64,000 nt of DNA from Candidatus Acidiferrum sp. (GCA_049512575.1 JBEKWY010000007.1:1570-65569); one strand, 5' to 3'. Positions 28,443-39,262 are shown, counted from the first letter of the stretch. Notes: a model not told the origin generated them from the letters alone. Numbers and translations are program-made.

Positions 28443-29324
28443 CTATTCGATTTCTGCGAAGTCTCCCGCATACATCTCTTCCATGCCATAAGTGATCAGC
28501 ACCGTTGCCGCGTTCCGAGTTACGCTCAGCACGATCCCTTCGCCCAACACTTCGCGAGGTAAATCCTTCGCTTCATACTTTTTCGGCGCGCTTCCGAAGC
28601 CGTAGACCTTATATTGCATATCGGCTTCTGACGCCGACGCCGCTACGTCCTTCTTCGCTTCCTGATATCGGAAAACGCGCATGTAGTCGCCCACTTTTAC
28701 GCCTTTGCCCGCCCCGACATTCACATACGCTACGTCGCCGCGTCCCAGCACCTGGTGATAGTCAAACGAGGTGACCACCGTTCCCACGGGCTTACCGGTA
28801 ACCGGCGCAAAATGATCGAATTTGCTGGCATCCTTGTATGGGGGTGTGGGTCGCTCTTCGAACGGCCGGGCGAGATCGCCGCGCTGCATGTAATCGCAAG
28901 AGAACACCACTTCCGCGACGGAAACCTTCGCCTGAACGTTGACCACGCGAACCTGGCCCGCATCCTTGTATAGCGTGCCCATTTCTTTGGTCAGCTTCGG
29001 CTGCCCATAGAACCATTCGTTGGCTGGATCGCTGTCCGGCCTCACAATCGCGTAACGGTCACCGATTTTTACCCCTTTATCCTCGCCGCGGTTCAGGTAC
29101 ACATAGTCTCCGCGAGCGAAGATGATCTTGTAATTGGCCTGCTCGCCCGAAATAAGCCGGGTATCATCCGGCACTTTGGGGTCGCTCATGAATCCGGAGC
29201 AATACACGGTAGAGTAGTCCGGCTGCTTGCTGGTCAGGTGAACCGCTTCCGGACCGTTCTGAGCTGAGCAAACGACCGCGCTCGTAAGGATCGAAACACA
29301 CAATGCAGCTAGCTTCGCGCGCAT
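28443..29324 (-). CDS. Secreted hypothetical protein (beta-rich)
   Basis: AAGGAG RBS, signal peptide, two repeats of a VYLNRGEDKGVKIGD / AYVNVGAGKGVKVGD-like motif reminiscent of FlgT C-terminal-like domains. Confidence 0.75.
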   Translation of the reverse strand: MRAKLAALCVSILTSAVVCSAQNGPEAVHLTSKQPDYSTVYCSGFMSDPKVPDDTRLISGEQANYKIIFARGDYVYLNRGEDKGVKIGDRYAIVRPDSDPANEWFYGQPKLTKEMGTLYKDAGQVRVVNVQAKVSVAEVVFSCDYMQRGDLARPFEERPTPPYKDASKFDHFAPVTGKPVGTVVTSFDYHQVLGRGDVAYVNVGAGKGVKVGDYMRVFRYQEAKKDVAASASEADMQYKVYGFGSAPKKYEAKDLPREVLGEGIVLSVTRNAATVLITYGMEEMYAGDFAEIE

Positions 29325-29503
29325 TACAATGCTCCTTAGACAACACGCCCTAAGGGCCGTGCGGGGACGTGCTCATCGAAACTAACAAGCCGCCCCAAGG
29401 GCGTCAACAAATTGGGCGGGAGTGCTTTACACTTTTGATACGGCCTCCGGTAGGCATTGCTATGGGCCGTGTTTTCAATAGAATGGCGGGCACGAGGGTG
29501 GCC

Positions 29504-31039
29504 ATGGGTCGGGTAGCGTCGGGTGTCGGGCGGATCTGTGGCGTGGTCGCGGCGCCTACAGCTCTGGAAATGGTCGCCGGGATCAAAACGGCACGGCGCG
29601 AGACGCCCACCATCGAGCTCCGTCTCGACTGGCTGGCCAGTAACGCGGAGCGTTCCAAACTGCTCGCCTGGGTCCGCAAGCATCGCCCTCAGGGCGCGAC
29701 CTTCCTCGCAACTTGCCGCCGCAAAGGCGCCGGCGGGCGCTTTGCTGGCAGTATCGACGCCCAACTCTACTGGTTGATCCAGGCCCGCGAGGCGGGCTGC
29801 CACTGGTGCGACATCGAGGTCGAGACGTTGCGCGAACTCCCCGGCCAATCGGCGCGGGAATATCCCGTCCCCCCTCGGATCATGCTTTCCGTGCACGACT
29901 TCGAGCGCACGCCGGAGCCCACGAAGTCGATCCACTTGCCGTCGCATTCTGAGGTGGACGCTATCAAGATTGCCGCCCACGCCCGGTCGATCGAAGATAG
30001 CGTCCGCCTGCTGCGCTGGGCGCGGCGCTCCGAGGACTGCATTGCGGTACCGATGGGCGAGATTGGCTTACCGGCGCGGATCCTGGCACTGCGAGAAGGC
30101 AGCGCGTTGACTTATGCGCCCGTGGCCGCCCCCACCGCGCCCGGCCAAGTTTCGCTGCACGACTTCAAGCATCTCTATCGCGCCCACGAACTGAACCGCA
30201 GCACGCGCGTCTTCGGTGTGATTGGCGATCCGGTGGGGCACTCTTTGTCCCCCCTGATGCACAACTCCGCCTTCGCAGCGAAAAAAGTGAACGCGGTCTA
30301 TTTGCCTTTTCTGGTGAAGGACCTGGGCGATTTTCTGAGCGCCGTCCCGGAGCTTGGCATCCGCGGCTTCAGCATCACCCTGCCTCACAAACAGAAAATC
30401 CTGAAACATTTGAAAGAGTGCGACGCTCTCGCCGCCGACATCGGCGCCGTCAACACCGTCGTAGTCCGCCGCGACGGCTCGCTCGCAGGCTCCAACACGG
30501 ACTACGCCGGAGTTCTGCGCTCGCTCGAGAAAAAACTGAATCTCGCGAAAAGCCGGGTGCTGCTTTTCGGCGCGGGTGGTTCCACTCGCGCCGCGGCATT
30601 TGCCTTGGCCCGCGCTGGCGCTTCGGTCGTGGTTTGCGCGCGCCGCGAGAGCGCCGCGCGAGAACTGGCCCGCGCAGTAGGCGGCGAAGCGATTCCCCGG
30701 CGCGCCCTGCGGGCGGAAATTTTCGACGCCATACTAAACACCACTCCGGTCGGCATGCATCCCCACGCGGAAATTTCGCCGCTGCGTCCGGGCGAGTTAC
30801 ACTGTCGGATTGTTATGGACCTCATCTACCGTCCCGAGCGCACGAAATTGTTACAACTGGCTGCGCGCAAGGGCATCACCACTGTCTCTGGTGTCGAAAT
30901 GTTTCTCGCTCAAGGAATTGCGCAGTGGGAGCTGTGGACCAAACAGCGCGCGCCCGAGGCGGTCATGCGACGCGCCGTGCTCGCCGCGTTGCGCGCCGAA
31001 GCGTCTTCGAAATCCGCCCATCCGCGGAGGCCGCGGTGA
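29504..31039 (+). CDS. aroE: Bifunctional type I 3-dehydroquinate dehydratase / shikimate dehydrogenase
   Basis: N-half: IELRLDWL, MLSVHDF, AIKIA, VPMGEIG (AroD type I). C-half: IGDPVGHSLSP.MHN, SITLPHK, GAVNTV, NTDYAG, GAGG, MFLAQGIAQWELW. TTGCTA-N16-TAGAAT upstream supports ATG 29504. Confidence 0.9.
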   Translation: MGRVASGVGRICGVVAAPTALEMVAGIKTARRETPTIELRLDWLASNAERSKLLAWVRKHRPQGATFLATCRRKGAGGRFAGSIDAQLYWLIQAREAGCHWCDIEVETLRELPGQSAREYPVPPRIMLSVHDFERTPEPTKSIHLPSHSEVDAIKIAAHARSIEDSVRLLRWARRSEDCIAVPMGEIGLPARILALREGSALTYAPVAAPTAPGQVSLHDFKHLYRAHELNRSTRVFGVIGDPVGHSLSPLMHNSAFAAKKVNAVYLPFLVKDLGDFLSAVPELGIRGFSITLPHKQKILKHLKECDALAADIGAVNTVVVRRDGSLAGSNTDYAGVLRSLEKKLNLAKSRVLLFGAGGSTRAAAFALARAGASVVVCARRESAARELARAVGGEAIPRRALRAEIFDAILNTTPVGMHPHAEISPLRPGELHCRIVMDLIYRPERTKLLQLAARKGITTVSGVEMFLAQGIAQWELWTKQRAPEAVMRRAVLAALRAEASSKSAHPRRPR

Positions 31040-32526
31040 TCCAACCCGACTTTCGCGAATTCCAGCGCCTCGCGAAGCAGGGCAACCTGATTCCTGTCTT
31101 CGACGTGCTGCCCGCCGACCTGCTCACCCCTGTCAGCGCCTATTTGCGCATCGCCCAAGGCGCACGCTATTCCTTCCTGCTCGAGAGCGTTGAGGGCGGC
31201 GAAAAAATCGCCCGGTACACTTTCGCCGGCGCGAACCCGGAAGAAATCTTCCGCTATGCCTCGGGCGCCTGCGTCATGGAAGGCCGCGACCGCGTCGTTT
31301 GGGAAGAACGCGATCCCGTCTCGTTTCTGCGCACCCGCATCGAGCGCTTTCATCCAGTTCGCCTGCCGGGTTTGCCTCCGCTCGTAGCTGGCGCCATCGG
31401 CTATTTTTCCTACGACATGGTGCGGCTCATCGAGCGTTTGCCGAAACGTCTGCGCGACGACATCGGCCTCTTCGATGCCATGCTCATGTTCTATCACGGC
31501 ATCATCGCCTTCGATCACGTGCAGCATCGCCTCTGGATCGTCCGCAACGTGTTCACCGAAGGCTCGGGGAGCCTGCGCACAAAGTACAACGCAGCCGTTC
31601 GAGAAATTCGCGAGACGCGAAAGCTCCTCGAGCAACCGGTTGCCGCGGAAAAACCGCGGCGGGAAGCTCGCACAGGGAAACGGCCCACGCTGAGAGTCAC
31701 TTCCAATTTTCGCCGCAGCGAGTATCTGGACGCCGTCCGCAAAAGCAAGGAGTACATTCGCGCGGGAGACATTTTTCAGGTCGTCATCAGTCAGCGCTTC
31801 TCCGCCAAAACCAAAGCCCAGCCTTTCGACATCTATCGCGAACTCCGCGCGCTGAATCCCTCCCCCTATCTTTTCTATCTCCAGATGAACGACGTCGCCG
31901 TCGTCGGCAGCTCCCCGGAAATGCTCGTCAAGGTTCAGGGACGCGACGTCTTTTACAGGCCGATCGCGGGTACGCTTCCTCGCGGCAAGGACGAAGCCGA
32001 AGACCAGCGCCTCGAGAAACAAATGCTCGCCAGCGAAAAGGAACGCGCCGAGCACATCATGCTCGTGGACCTCGGTCGCAACGATCTGGGCCGCGTCTGC
32101 GAATATGGCACGGTAAAAGTCGAGCAGCTTATGGCCGTCGAGCGCTTCTCTCACGTAATGCATTTGGTCTCCAGCCTCCGCGGACGCCTCCGCGAAGACG
32201 TCGATTGTTTTGACGCGCTGATGGCTTGCTTTCCGGCCGGCACGGTTTCCGGCGCTCCCAAGGTCCGCGCCATGGAAATCATCGAGGAGCTCGAACGCAC
32301 CCGCCGCGGCATCTACGCCGGCGGCGTCTTATACATGGATTTTGCTGGTAATCTGGACTCGTGCATCGCGCTGCGCACCATGGTCATCAAAAATGGTGTG
32401 GCCCATGTGCAAGCGGGTGGTGGCATCGTCGCCGATTCCACGCCCGCGGGCGAGTATCAGGAAACCGTAAACAAGTCCCGTGCACTCCTGACCGCCTTGG
32501 AGACCGCGGAGCGCCGCCGCGGTTAG
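31036..32526 (+). CDS. trpE: Anthranilate synthase component I
   Basis: DLLTPVSAY, FLLESVEGGE, GDIFQVVISQRF, LNPSPY, PIAGT, KERAEHIMLVDLGRND, PAGTVSGAPK. GTG start overlaps the aroE stop. Confidence 0.92.
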   Translation: MIQPDFREFQRLAKQGNLIPVFDVLPADLLTPVSAYLRIAQGARYSFLLESVEGGEKIARYTFAGANPEEIFRYASGACVMEGRDRVVWEERDPVSFLRTRIERFHPVRLPGLPPLVAGAIGYFSYDMVRLIERLPKRLRDDIGLFDAMLMFYHGIIAFDHVQHRLWIVRNVFTEGSGSLRTKYNAAVREIRETRKLLEQPVAAEKPRREARTGKRPTLRVTSNFRRSEYLDAVRKSKEYIRAGDIFQVVISQRFSAKTKAQPFDIYRELRALNPSPYLFYLQMNDVAVVGSSPEMLVKVQGRDVFYRPIAGTLPRGKDEAEDQRLEKQMLASEKERAEHIMLVDLGRNDLGRVCEYGTVKVEQLMAVERFSHVMHLVSSLRGRLREDVDCFDALMACFPAGTVSGAPKVRAMEIIEELERTRRGIYAGGVLYMDFAGNLDSCIALRTMVIKNGVAHVQAGGGIVADSTPAGEYQETVNKSRALLTALETAERRRG

Positions 32527-32535
32527 AGGAACATC

Positions 32536-33099
32536 GTGATTCTACTGCTCGACAACTACGACTCCTTCACCTACAACCTGGCGCAGTATCTCGGCGAACT
32601 TGGCTGCCAAGTCGAAGTCCATCGCAACGACAAGATTTCCGTTGAAGACATCGTCCGCCGCAAACCGGAACGTATCGTGATCTCGCCTGGCCCCTGCACC
32701 CCCCAGGACGCCGGAATTTGCATCGAGCTTGTACAGCGCCTCGCGGGGAAATTTCCTATCCTGGGCGTCTGCCTCGGCCATCAAGCCATCGGCGCAGCGT
32801 TCGGTGGAAAAGTAATTCGCGCGCCAAAACTTTTTCACGGAAAAACCAGCGCGATCCACCACGATTCCAAAGGCGTTTTCCGCACGTTAGCCGATCCCTT
32901 CACCGCCACGCGCTATCATTCCCTGATCGTCGAGCGCAAATCGCTGCCGCGCGAGCTAACCATCACTGCCGAGACCGACGACGGCATCATCATGGGCGTC
33001 CGCCACCGCCGCCACAAACTCGAAGGCGTACAATTCCACCCCGAATCCGTCCTGACCGAATCCGGCAAGCAACTCCTCAAAAATTTCCTCTCCCTCTAG
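32536..33099 (+). CDS. trpG: Anthranilate synthase component II (glutamine amidotransferase)
   Basis: DNYDSFTYNL, ISPGPCTP, GVCLGHQ, RYHSL, GVQFHPES. Confidence 0.93.
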   Translation: MILLLDNYDSFTYNLAQYLGELGCQVEVHRNDKISVEDIVRRKPERIVISPGPCTPQDAGICIELVQRLAGKFPILGVCLGHQAIGAAFGGKVIRAPKLFHGKTSAIHHDSKGVFRTLADPFTATRYHSLIVERKSLPRELTITAETDDGIIMGVRHRRHKLEGVQFHPESVLTESGKQLLKNFLSL

Positions 33100-33144
33100 C
33101 GTCCAGCCAGCCCGATCAATCAGCCAATCTTCAGGCAACCAACC

Positions 33145-33225
33145 GTCATTCCGACCGAAGCATGCCGATTCTTTCTGCCCGTTCGCTTCCTGCGAACGGG
33201 TCGGCATGCGCAGTGGAGGAATCTC
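33145..33225 (+). repeat. Nested-hairpin dispersed element (GTCATTCCGACCGAAG...GAGGAATCTC family)
   Basis: Ends are the reverse complement of the elements at 51931 and 54358; internal stems GCATGCCGA/TCGGCATGC and CCCGTTCGC/GCGAACGGG. Confidence 0.65.
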
Positions 33226-33275
33226 TCTTCGATTTTTTGAACTAAAGCAAATCGTCCCTTTGGCGGAACCCAGCT

Positions 33276-34841
33276 TCACCAATCCAAATCCGCCAGAATC
33301 GCCGCATATAACTCAATCCCACTCCACAAATGTCCCAACCGCAGATTCTCATCCGAACTGTGCTGATGGTTGTCATAATTCACGATCGGCACCCCAATCC
33401 ACGGCATGCCCAGGTCCTCAAAAATGTACATCGGCACGCTGCCGCCCAATCCCGGCGCGATGACCGTTTTTCCCCCGGTCGCGTCCTGCACCAGTTGAAT
33501 CATCGCCTTTGACACGGGCAAATCCATCGCCGTCCGCGACGCGCGATATCCGCCTTCGTCAACGATCTTCGCGATCAACGCATGCGCGCGCCTTTCGTCT
33601 ATCGTCGGCTCGCGATCGACCACGAAATATCCTTGCTTGCGAATGAATCCCACGATCTGCTCGTATTTTTTCCGCGGATCTTCCCCCTTCACCAATCGCG
33701 CGTCGATCGACGCTTCCGCCTTGTCGGGCACCACGTTCTGCGCATGCTCGCCAACGTAGGCGCTGCTCAGTCCACGAATGTTCATCGAAGGCAGTTGCAA
33801 CAGCTCGACAAGCTTCTCCCCGCCGCCCTCCGGTTTCGCGATCCCCAGTTCGCGTTCAAGCTCCGCGTCGTTGTCGGGCATCTTCGCCAGCCATTCCTTT
33901 TCCAGCGGGCTCAGCGGAACCGCATCGTCGTAATAGCCGTCGATCAGCACGTGCCCGTTCGCGTCTTTCATCGCCGCCAGCAATCGCGCTAATTCCATCG
34001 CCGGATTGGGCGCCCAATTCCCGTAATGCCCGCTGTGCAGTGCCCGCACCGGCCCATAAACCGTGATGTCGAGCCCGATGTCTCCGCGATTCCCGAAGAA
34101 AATCAAGGGCCGTCCCGACGGATGCACCGGCCCATCCCCGGTAATCAGCAAATCCGCACCCAGCAAATTCTTGTGCAACTCCAACGTGCGCTGCAGGTTC
34201 GTCGAGCCCGCTTCTTCCTCGCCCTCGAAAATCACTTTCAAGTTCACACCGAGCGGAATGCGCTTCGCCCGCAGCGCATCCAGGGCCGCCAGCAATGCAA
34301 CGATGGGCGACTTGTCGTCCGAAGAAGACCGCGCATAAATCCGCCAATCGTCCTTATAGTCAGCAGGACGCGTGGCCGAATTTTCAGGAAAGGGAATCCG
34401 CTTGCCGCCCGCCTCGATCGCCGCGTCGCGCAGCGCAGGCTCGAAGGGTTTCCCGTCGGTCCAGGCAGCTGCATCCACAGGCTGCCCGTCGTAGTGCGCG
34501 TAGAAAATCACGGTGCGCTTCGCTTCCAACGTCGTGAGTTTGCCGAAAACGACCGGCCCCCTCTCTTCAATCGGCAGCAAGTGCGTTTCGATCCCCCGCG
34601 CTTCCAGCATCTCCACCAGCCGCGCGGCATTTTTCTGAATGTTGGCCGTGTCGCTGGCCACGTTCGGAATGGCCAGAAACTCGGTCAACTCTCGAATGAT
34701 CCGGTCTTCATTACTCACCCGGTAGTCGCGCACCTGCTGAACCACCTGCTCCGGCGTGACGCGCGTCTTAGCAGTCGGAGTCTGCGCGCCCGTGATGACA
34801 GGCAATGAAGCGATCAGAAAAACCGCCAGGTAAGTCCTCAC
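33276..34841 (-). CDS. Secreted M20/M25/M40 family metallohydrolase
   Basis: YAHYDGQP, ARSSSDDKSP, EGEEEAGS, LHSGHYG, NHQHSSDEN; GTG start 34841 with G-rich RBS and signal peptide. Confidence 0.9.
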   Translation of the reverse strand: MRTYLAVFLIASLPVITGAQTPTAKTRVTPEQVVQQVRDYRVSNEDRIIRELTEFLAIPNVASDTANIQKNAARLVEMLEARGIETHLLPIEERGPVVFGKLTTLEAKRTVIFYAHYDGQPVDAAAWTDGKPFEPALRDAAIEAGGKRIPFPENSATRPADYKDDWRIYARSSSDDKSPIVALLAALDALRAKRIPLGVNLKVIFEGEEEAGSTNLQRTLELHKNLLGADLLITGDGPVHPSGRPLIFFGNRGDIGLDITVYGPVRALHSGHYGNWAPNPAMELARLLAAMKDANGHVLIDGYYDDAVPLSPLEKEWLAKMPDNDAELERELGIAKPEGGGEKLVELLQLPSMNIRGLSSAYVGEHAQNVVPDKAEASIDARLVKGEDPRKKYEQIVGFIRKQGYFVVDREPTIDERRAHALIAKIVDEGGYRASRTAMDLPVSKAMIQLVQDATGGKTVIAPGLGGSVPMYIFEDLGMPWIGVPIVNYDNHQHSSDENLRLGHLWSGIELYAAILADLDW

Positions 34842-35006
34842 AATAGTCCCCCCAAGACGTTGTTCGTGACAGGCAACTCCCTGATTCCGCTCCTGCGGCA
34901 GCGGAGAAGCCCAGATTGTATCCGACTGCTCGGATTCCGCACCCGAGGGCACTTCAAATCGTCCGCCGTGGTCCGCTCAAGCGTGGTTCCCGCTCCATTA
35001 AGTATT

Positions 35007-35038
35007 TACTTGCAATAAGTAGTATGTAGTTATATAAG
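35007..35038 (+). promoter_or_regulatory. Putative promoter with overlapping inverted repeat in AT-rich island
   Basis: TTGCAA-N17-TATAAG; TACTT-N5-AAGTA palindrome over the -35. Confidence 0.45.
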
Positions 35039-35124
35039 ATAACTCTTAGGTGTAATAATCATATCGTAAAAAATATAAGAAATCATTGCCGCTGGCTCGA
35101 AGCATTGTTCCGCGAGGTTCTGCG

Positions 35125-35880
35125 ATGCCCTTTAGCCGCCGTATCCGGGCTTCAACCCTTGTAATGTTGCTGTTATCCGGCATCGCCTGCGCTAATACCG
35201 TTACCCTGGGCGTTGTGACCCAAGCTCGCCGCGCCAACCTGGGTAACGCGCCGGCCTCCACCGGCTCCTCCTTGTACGATGGCGATCGCGTCTCCACCGA
35301 AGCGGACGGCGTTCTTACCCTGCGGATCGGACCCTCGATGGTTTTCCTTGGCAACCAGAGCGGCGCACTGCTTCACAGCCCTGCCGGAGCAGCGCGGGGC
35401 ACTCAGGTTAGCCTCAGCGCTGGCACTGTGGTTTTTTCCACCCAACGTGGCGTCAACGTGGAGATCTACGCCGACGAAGCGCACATCGTCCCGGCAACTC
35501 AGACTCATACCGTTGGGCAAGTTACCCTTGCCGGTCCGAAATCGCTCTACGTCTACGCCCGCCGTGGTTCACTGAAAATTTCCTATCGCGAGGAGTCCGC
35601 GACCATCTCCCAAGGGGAGTCCTACCGCATGCTACTCGACCCTCCCGAGCAAGATTCCTCCGCGAAATCTGCCGGAAGCCAGCCCGGCTCCGACGGTAAA
35701 CACCGCCGCAAGCCTAAAGCTTTTCTGTTGTTGCCGTTTGGTGCTGGGCCTGCCGCAACGGGAGCTGCTACCGTCGCCGCAACGGCCGCCGGTGTTGCCG
35801 TCGCGACGGGAGTCGCCGCCGCCACCGTAACAGTTCCCTTGGTTATGTCGAACGACTACGAAAGTCCGGACAAGCCGTAA
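35125..35880 (+). CDS. Secreted hypothetical protein (FecR-like beta domain, Ala/Val/Thr-rich C-terminal hydrophobic tail)
   Basis: GAGGT RBS before ATG 35125; signal peptide; LYDGDRVST..motif; low-complexity hydrophobic tail. Confidence 0.65.
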   Translation: MPFSRRIRASTLVMLLLSGIACANTVTLGVVTQARRANLGNAPASTGSSLYDGDRVSTEADGVLTLRIGPSMVFLGNQSGALLHSPAGAARGTQVSLSAGTVVFSTQRGVNVEIYADEAHIVPATQTHTVGQVTLAGPKSLYVYARRGSLKISYREESATISQGESYRMLLDPPEQDSSAKSAGSQPGSDGKHRRKPKAFLLLPFGAGPAATGAATVAATAAGVAVATGVAAATVTVPLVMSNDYESPDKP

Positions 35881-35924
35881 CGCTGCTGCGAGCAAGCTCA
35901 CAGGCCGAGAAATTTCAACCGGCG

Positions 35925-36956
35925 CTAGGCGATACCCGCTTGCGTGAATGCGGCCAGCGCCGCTAATTTCCGCGCTGCGCTGCCCGACGATATCGCTTCG
36001 CCCGCCAGCCGCACTGCCTCTCGAAAATTCTCAGCGACGCCGGAAGCCACCAGAGCCGCGGCAGCGTTGATGACCACAATATCCCGCGGCGCGCCAGCCC
36101 GCCCCGCAAGAATGCCGCGAATCGTAACGGCATTCTCGGCCGCCGAACCGCCGCGAATTGCTTCTATCGGCGCTCGCTTCACCCCAAAATCTTCCGGCGC
36201 TAATGTGTACCGCCGCACGGTGCCGTGCCGCACGTCCGCGACGAGCGTCTCGCCTGCCAGCGAAATCTCGTCGAGGCCGCCCGCGCCATGCACCACCAAC
36301 GCCCGCTCAATTTCCAACTCCGCAAGCGTCGCGGCGACTACGTCAATCGCATCCGCTGAAAACACTCCAAGAACTTGTGCCTGCGCGCCCGCAGGATTCG
36401 TCAGCGGCCCCAGTAAATTGAAGACTGTCCGCGCCCCGATCTGCTTCCGTGCCGACACCGCATGTCGCGTAGCCGCATGAGCCGCCGGCGCAAATAGAAA
36501 TCCAATACCCAGCTCGCGAATCGCGTCGCCCATCCGCGTCAGCGGCGCATCGATCCGCACGCCCAGCGCTTCCAGCACGTCGCCCGACCCGCTTCGGGAA
36601 CTCGCCGCGCGGTTGCCATGCTTGGCCACGCGCGCACCCGTAGCCGCCGCCACAATCGCCGCCGCCGTCGATACATTGAACGCGTCGAACCCATCTCCTC
36701 CGGTCCCGCACGTATCGACCATCTGCAAAGGCCGCGTCTCGCCCTCGGCAAACACCGGCGCCGCAAACCGTCGCATCACCGATGCAAATCCTGCGAGTTC
36801 TGCGACGGCAACCGGCCGCTGGTTCAGCGCCGTCAGCAGCCGCACGATCTCCAGCGTCTCCGCGCGCCCCGAAAGCAATTCCTCCATCACGCTTTCGGCC
36901 TCAGCCCGTGTAAAAACGTTCCCTTTTTCGATGTGTTCAATCAGCCGAAGCGCCAT
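35925..36956 (-). CDS. trpD: Anthranilate phosphoribosyltransferase
   Basis: DTCGTGGDG, NVST, AKHGNRAASSRSGSGD, RTVFNLLGPLTNP, GLDEIS. Confidence 0.96.
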   Translation of the reverse strand: MALRLIEHIEKGNVFTRAEAESVMEELLSGRAETLEIVRLLTALNQRPVAVAELAGFASVMRRFAAPVFAEGETRPLQMVDTCGTGGDGFDAFNVSTAAAIVAAATGARVAKHGNRAASSRSGSGDVLEALGVRIDAPLTRMGDAIRELGIGFLFAPAAHAATRHAVSARKQIGARTVFNLLGPLTNPAGAQAQVLGVFSADAIDVVAATLAELEIERALVVHGAGGLDEISLAGETLVADVRHGTVRRYTLAPEDFGVKRAPIEAIRGGSAAENAVTIRGILAGRAGAPRDIVVINAAAALVASGVAENFREAVRLAGEAISSGSAARKLAALAAFTQAGIA

Positions 36957-37002
36957 CCATCCTCATCTGGCAAGCCAACCAGCGCCGACCCGACATTCAG
37001 TT

Positions 37003-37026
37003 GTAGGGGCGGGGCTTGCCTCGCCC
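37003..37026 (+). repeat. GTAG-type REP-like palindrome
   Basis: GTAG-GGGCGGGGC-TT-GCCTCGCCC. Confidence 0.65.
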
Positions 37027-37195
37027 GCCGGTGCGTCTCGGCACGAATTCATCCCGCAAACATCCGTCTTTTCGCGGGTTTTGAGTGGCCGTCCTTGCCC
37101 CGTCCCCAGCCTTCCGGTTACACTTTGATGTTTTGCAGGCAGACAAATTCTAACATTGGCAGACCGCTCCACGGTCACACCGAACACGGAACCCG

Positions 37196-38365
37196 ATGAA
37201 GATTCACGAATATCAGGCCAAAGCGATCCTCGCTCGCTACGGCGTCACCATTCCTCGCGGTGAAGTTGCCTTCACAAAGGAAGAGGCGCGCACCGCCGCC
37301 CAGCGCCTCCGAACGCCTGTTGTTGTCGTCAAATCGCAAATTCACGCGGGTGGCCGCGGCAAAGCGGGCGGCGTAAAACTAGCTCACTCGCCCGACGAAG
37401 CTGCCGACATCGCCAGCCACATGCTGGGCATGAACCTGGTCACCGTCCAGACCGGCCCAAGCGGCCGCATCGTCAAGCGCCTGCTCATCGAAGAAGGCCT
37501 CGACATCAAGCGCGAACTCTATCTCAGCATTCTTGTCGATCGCGCCGCAGGCAAAGTCGTTTTCATGGCCAGCACCGCGGGCGGCATGGAAATCGAGGAA
37601 GTCGCCAAGGAAAATCCCGAAGCCATCCTCCGCGAGACGGTGCAGCCCGCCGTCGGCCTCCAACCCTACCAGGCTCGCAAGCTCGCCTTCGGTCTCCGTC
37701 TCTCCGGCGAGTTCGGTCCGCAAGCCGCTCCATTCTTCCAGGCCCTCCACCGCGCCTTCGTCGACACCGACGCTTCCATGCTGGAAATTAATCCCTGCGT
37801 CGTCACCGGCGATGGCCGCCTCGTCGCCCTCGACGCCAAAATGACCTTCGACGACAACGGCTTGTTCCGCCACAAAGAACTCCGCGAACTCCGCGATCTC
37901 GACGAAGAAGATCCCCTCGAAGTCGAAGCCTCCAAGTACGGCCTCAACTACATCAAGCTCGACGGCAACGTCGCCTGCATGGTCAACGGCGCAGGCCTCG
38001 CCATGGCCACCATGGACATCATCAAGTACGCTGGCGGCTCGCCCGCCAACTTCCTCGACGTGGGCGGGGGCGCTTCCGCCGAGCAGGTCAAAAACGCCTT
38101 CCGCATCCTGATGAGCGACTCCAGCGTCCGCGCCGTCTTCATTAACATTTTCGGCGGCATCCTCCGCTGCGACGTCCTGGCTACCGGCGTAGTCGCCGCC
38201 GCAAAAGATCTCGGCATCAAGGTCCCGGTCGTCGTTCGCATGGAAGGCACCAACGTCGAAGTCGGCCAGCAAATCCTCCGCGACTCCGGCCTCAATTTCA
38301 CCATAGCCGACGGCATGAAGGACGGCGCAACAAAGGTAGTCGCTCTCGCGGGAGGTGCGCGATGA
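37196..38365 (+). CDS. sucC: Succinyl-CoA ligase beta subunit
   Basis: [56 protein letters not shown]. Confidence 0.98.
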   Translation: MKIHEYQAKAILARYGVTIPRGEVAFTKEEARTAAQRLRTPVVVVKSQIHAGGRGKAGGVKLAHSPDEAADIASHMLGMNLVTVQTGPSGRIVKRLLIEEGLDIKRELYLSILVDRAAGKVVFMASTAGGMEIEEVAKENPEAILRETVQPAVGLQPYQARKLAFGLRLSGEFGPQAAPFFQALHRAFVDTDASMLEINPCVVTGDGRLVALDAKMTFDDNGLFRHKELRELRDLDEEDPLEVEASKYGLNYIKLDGNVACMVNGAGLAMATMDIIKYAGGSPANFLDVGGGASAEQVKNAFRILMSDSSVRAVFINIFGGILRCDVLATGVVAAAKDLGIKVPVVVRMEGTNVEVGQQILRDSGLNFTIADGMKDGATKVVALAGGAR

Positions 38366-39231
38366 GCGTTCTCGTAGACGAAAAAACGCGCCTCATCGTC
38401 CAAGGCTTCACCGGCCGCGAAGGCACCTTCCACGCCCAACAAATGATCCAGTACGGCACCAACGTGGTTGGCGGTGTCACCCCCGGCAAAGGCGGCACCG
38501 AGCATCTCGAACGCCCCGTATTCGACACCGTCACCGAAGCCGTAAAATCCACCGGTGCGAACGCTTCCGTAATTTTCGTTCCGCCTCCGTACGCCGCCGA
38601 TGCCATTCTCGAAGCCGCCGACGCGGAAATGCCTCTGATCATTTGCATCACCGAAGGCATTCCCGTTATCGACATGGTCCGCGTAGCCGCCACCATCGAC
38701 TTCAAGAAAACGCGCCTCATCGGCCCCAATTGCCCAGGCGTCATCTCTCCCGGCAAATGCAAAATCGGCATCATGCCCGGCCGTATTCACAAGCAAGGCC
38801 ACGTCGGTGTGGTCAGCCGCAGCGGCACGCTCACGTACGAAGCCGTCCACCAACTCACCGAACTCGGCATCGGCCAATCGACATGCATCGGCATCGGCGG
38901 CGACCCCATCATCGGCACCTCCTTCCTCGACGCCATCAAAATGTTTGACGGCGATCCCGACACCCACGCCATCATCCTCATCGGCGAAATCGGAGGCAAC
39001 GCCGAGGAACGCGCCGCCGAATTCATCAAGTCCAACGTGAAAAAGCCAGTCGTAGGATTCATCGCCGGCCAGACCGCCCCCCCAGGCCGCCGCATGGGCC
39101 ATGCAGGCGCGATCATCAGCGGCGGCCAGGGCACCGCCAAGGATAAATACGCAGCCATGAACGCCGCCGGCATCCACACCATAGAAACCCCGGCGGACCT
39201 GGGCTCAGCGGTAGCCGCCGCCCTGAAATAG
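38362..39231 (+). CDS. sucD: Succinyl-CoA ligase alpha subunit
   Basis: [39 protein letters not shown]. Confidence 0.98.
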   Translation: MSVLVDEKTRLIVQGFTGREGTFHAQQMIQYGTNVVGGVTPGKGGTEHLERPVFDTVTEAVKSTGANASVIFVPPPYAADAILEAADAEMPLIICITEGIPVIDMVRVAATIDFKKTRLIGPNCPGVISPGKCKIGIMPGRIHKQGHVGVVSRSGTLTYEAVHQLTELGIGQSTCIGIGGDPIIGTSFLDAIKMFDGDPDTHAIILIGEIGGNAEERAAEFIKSNVKKPVVGFIAGQTAPPGRRMGHAGAIISGGQGTAKDKYAAMNAAGIHTIETPADLGSAVAAALK

Positions 39232-39262
39232 AAGTAATGAAGTAATGAAGTAATGAAGTAAT
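39231..39262 (+). repeat. Perfect tandem octamer array (GAAGTAAT)x4
   Basis: Starts on the last base of the sucD stop codon. Confidence 0.95.

Noticed and set aside
37085-37108. Second, inverted REP partner of the 37003 element
   Set aside because: Too degenerate (no intact stem or CTAC end) to support.
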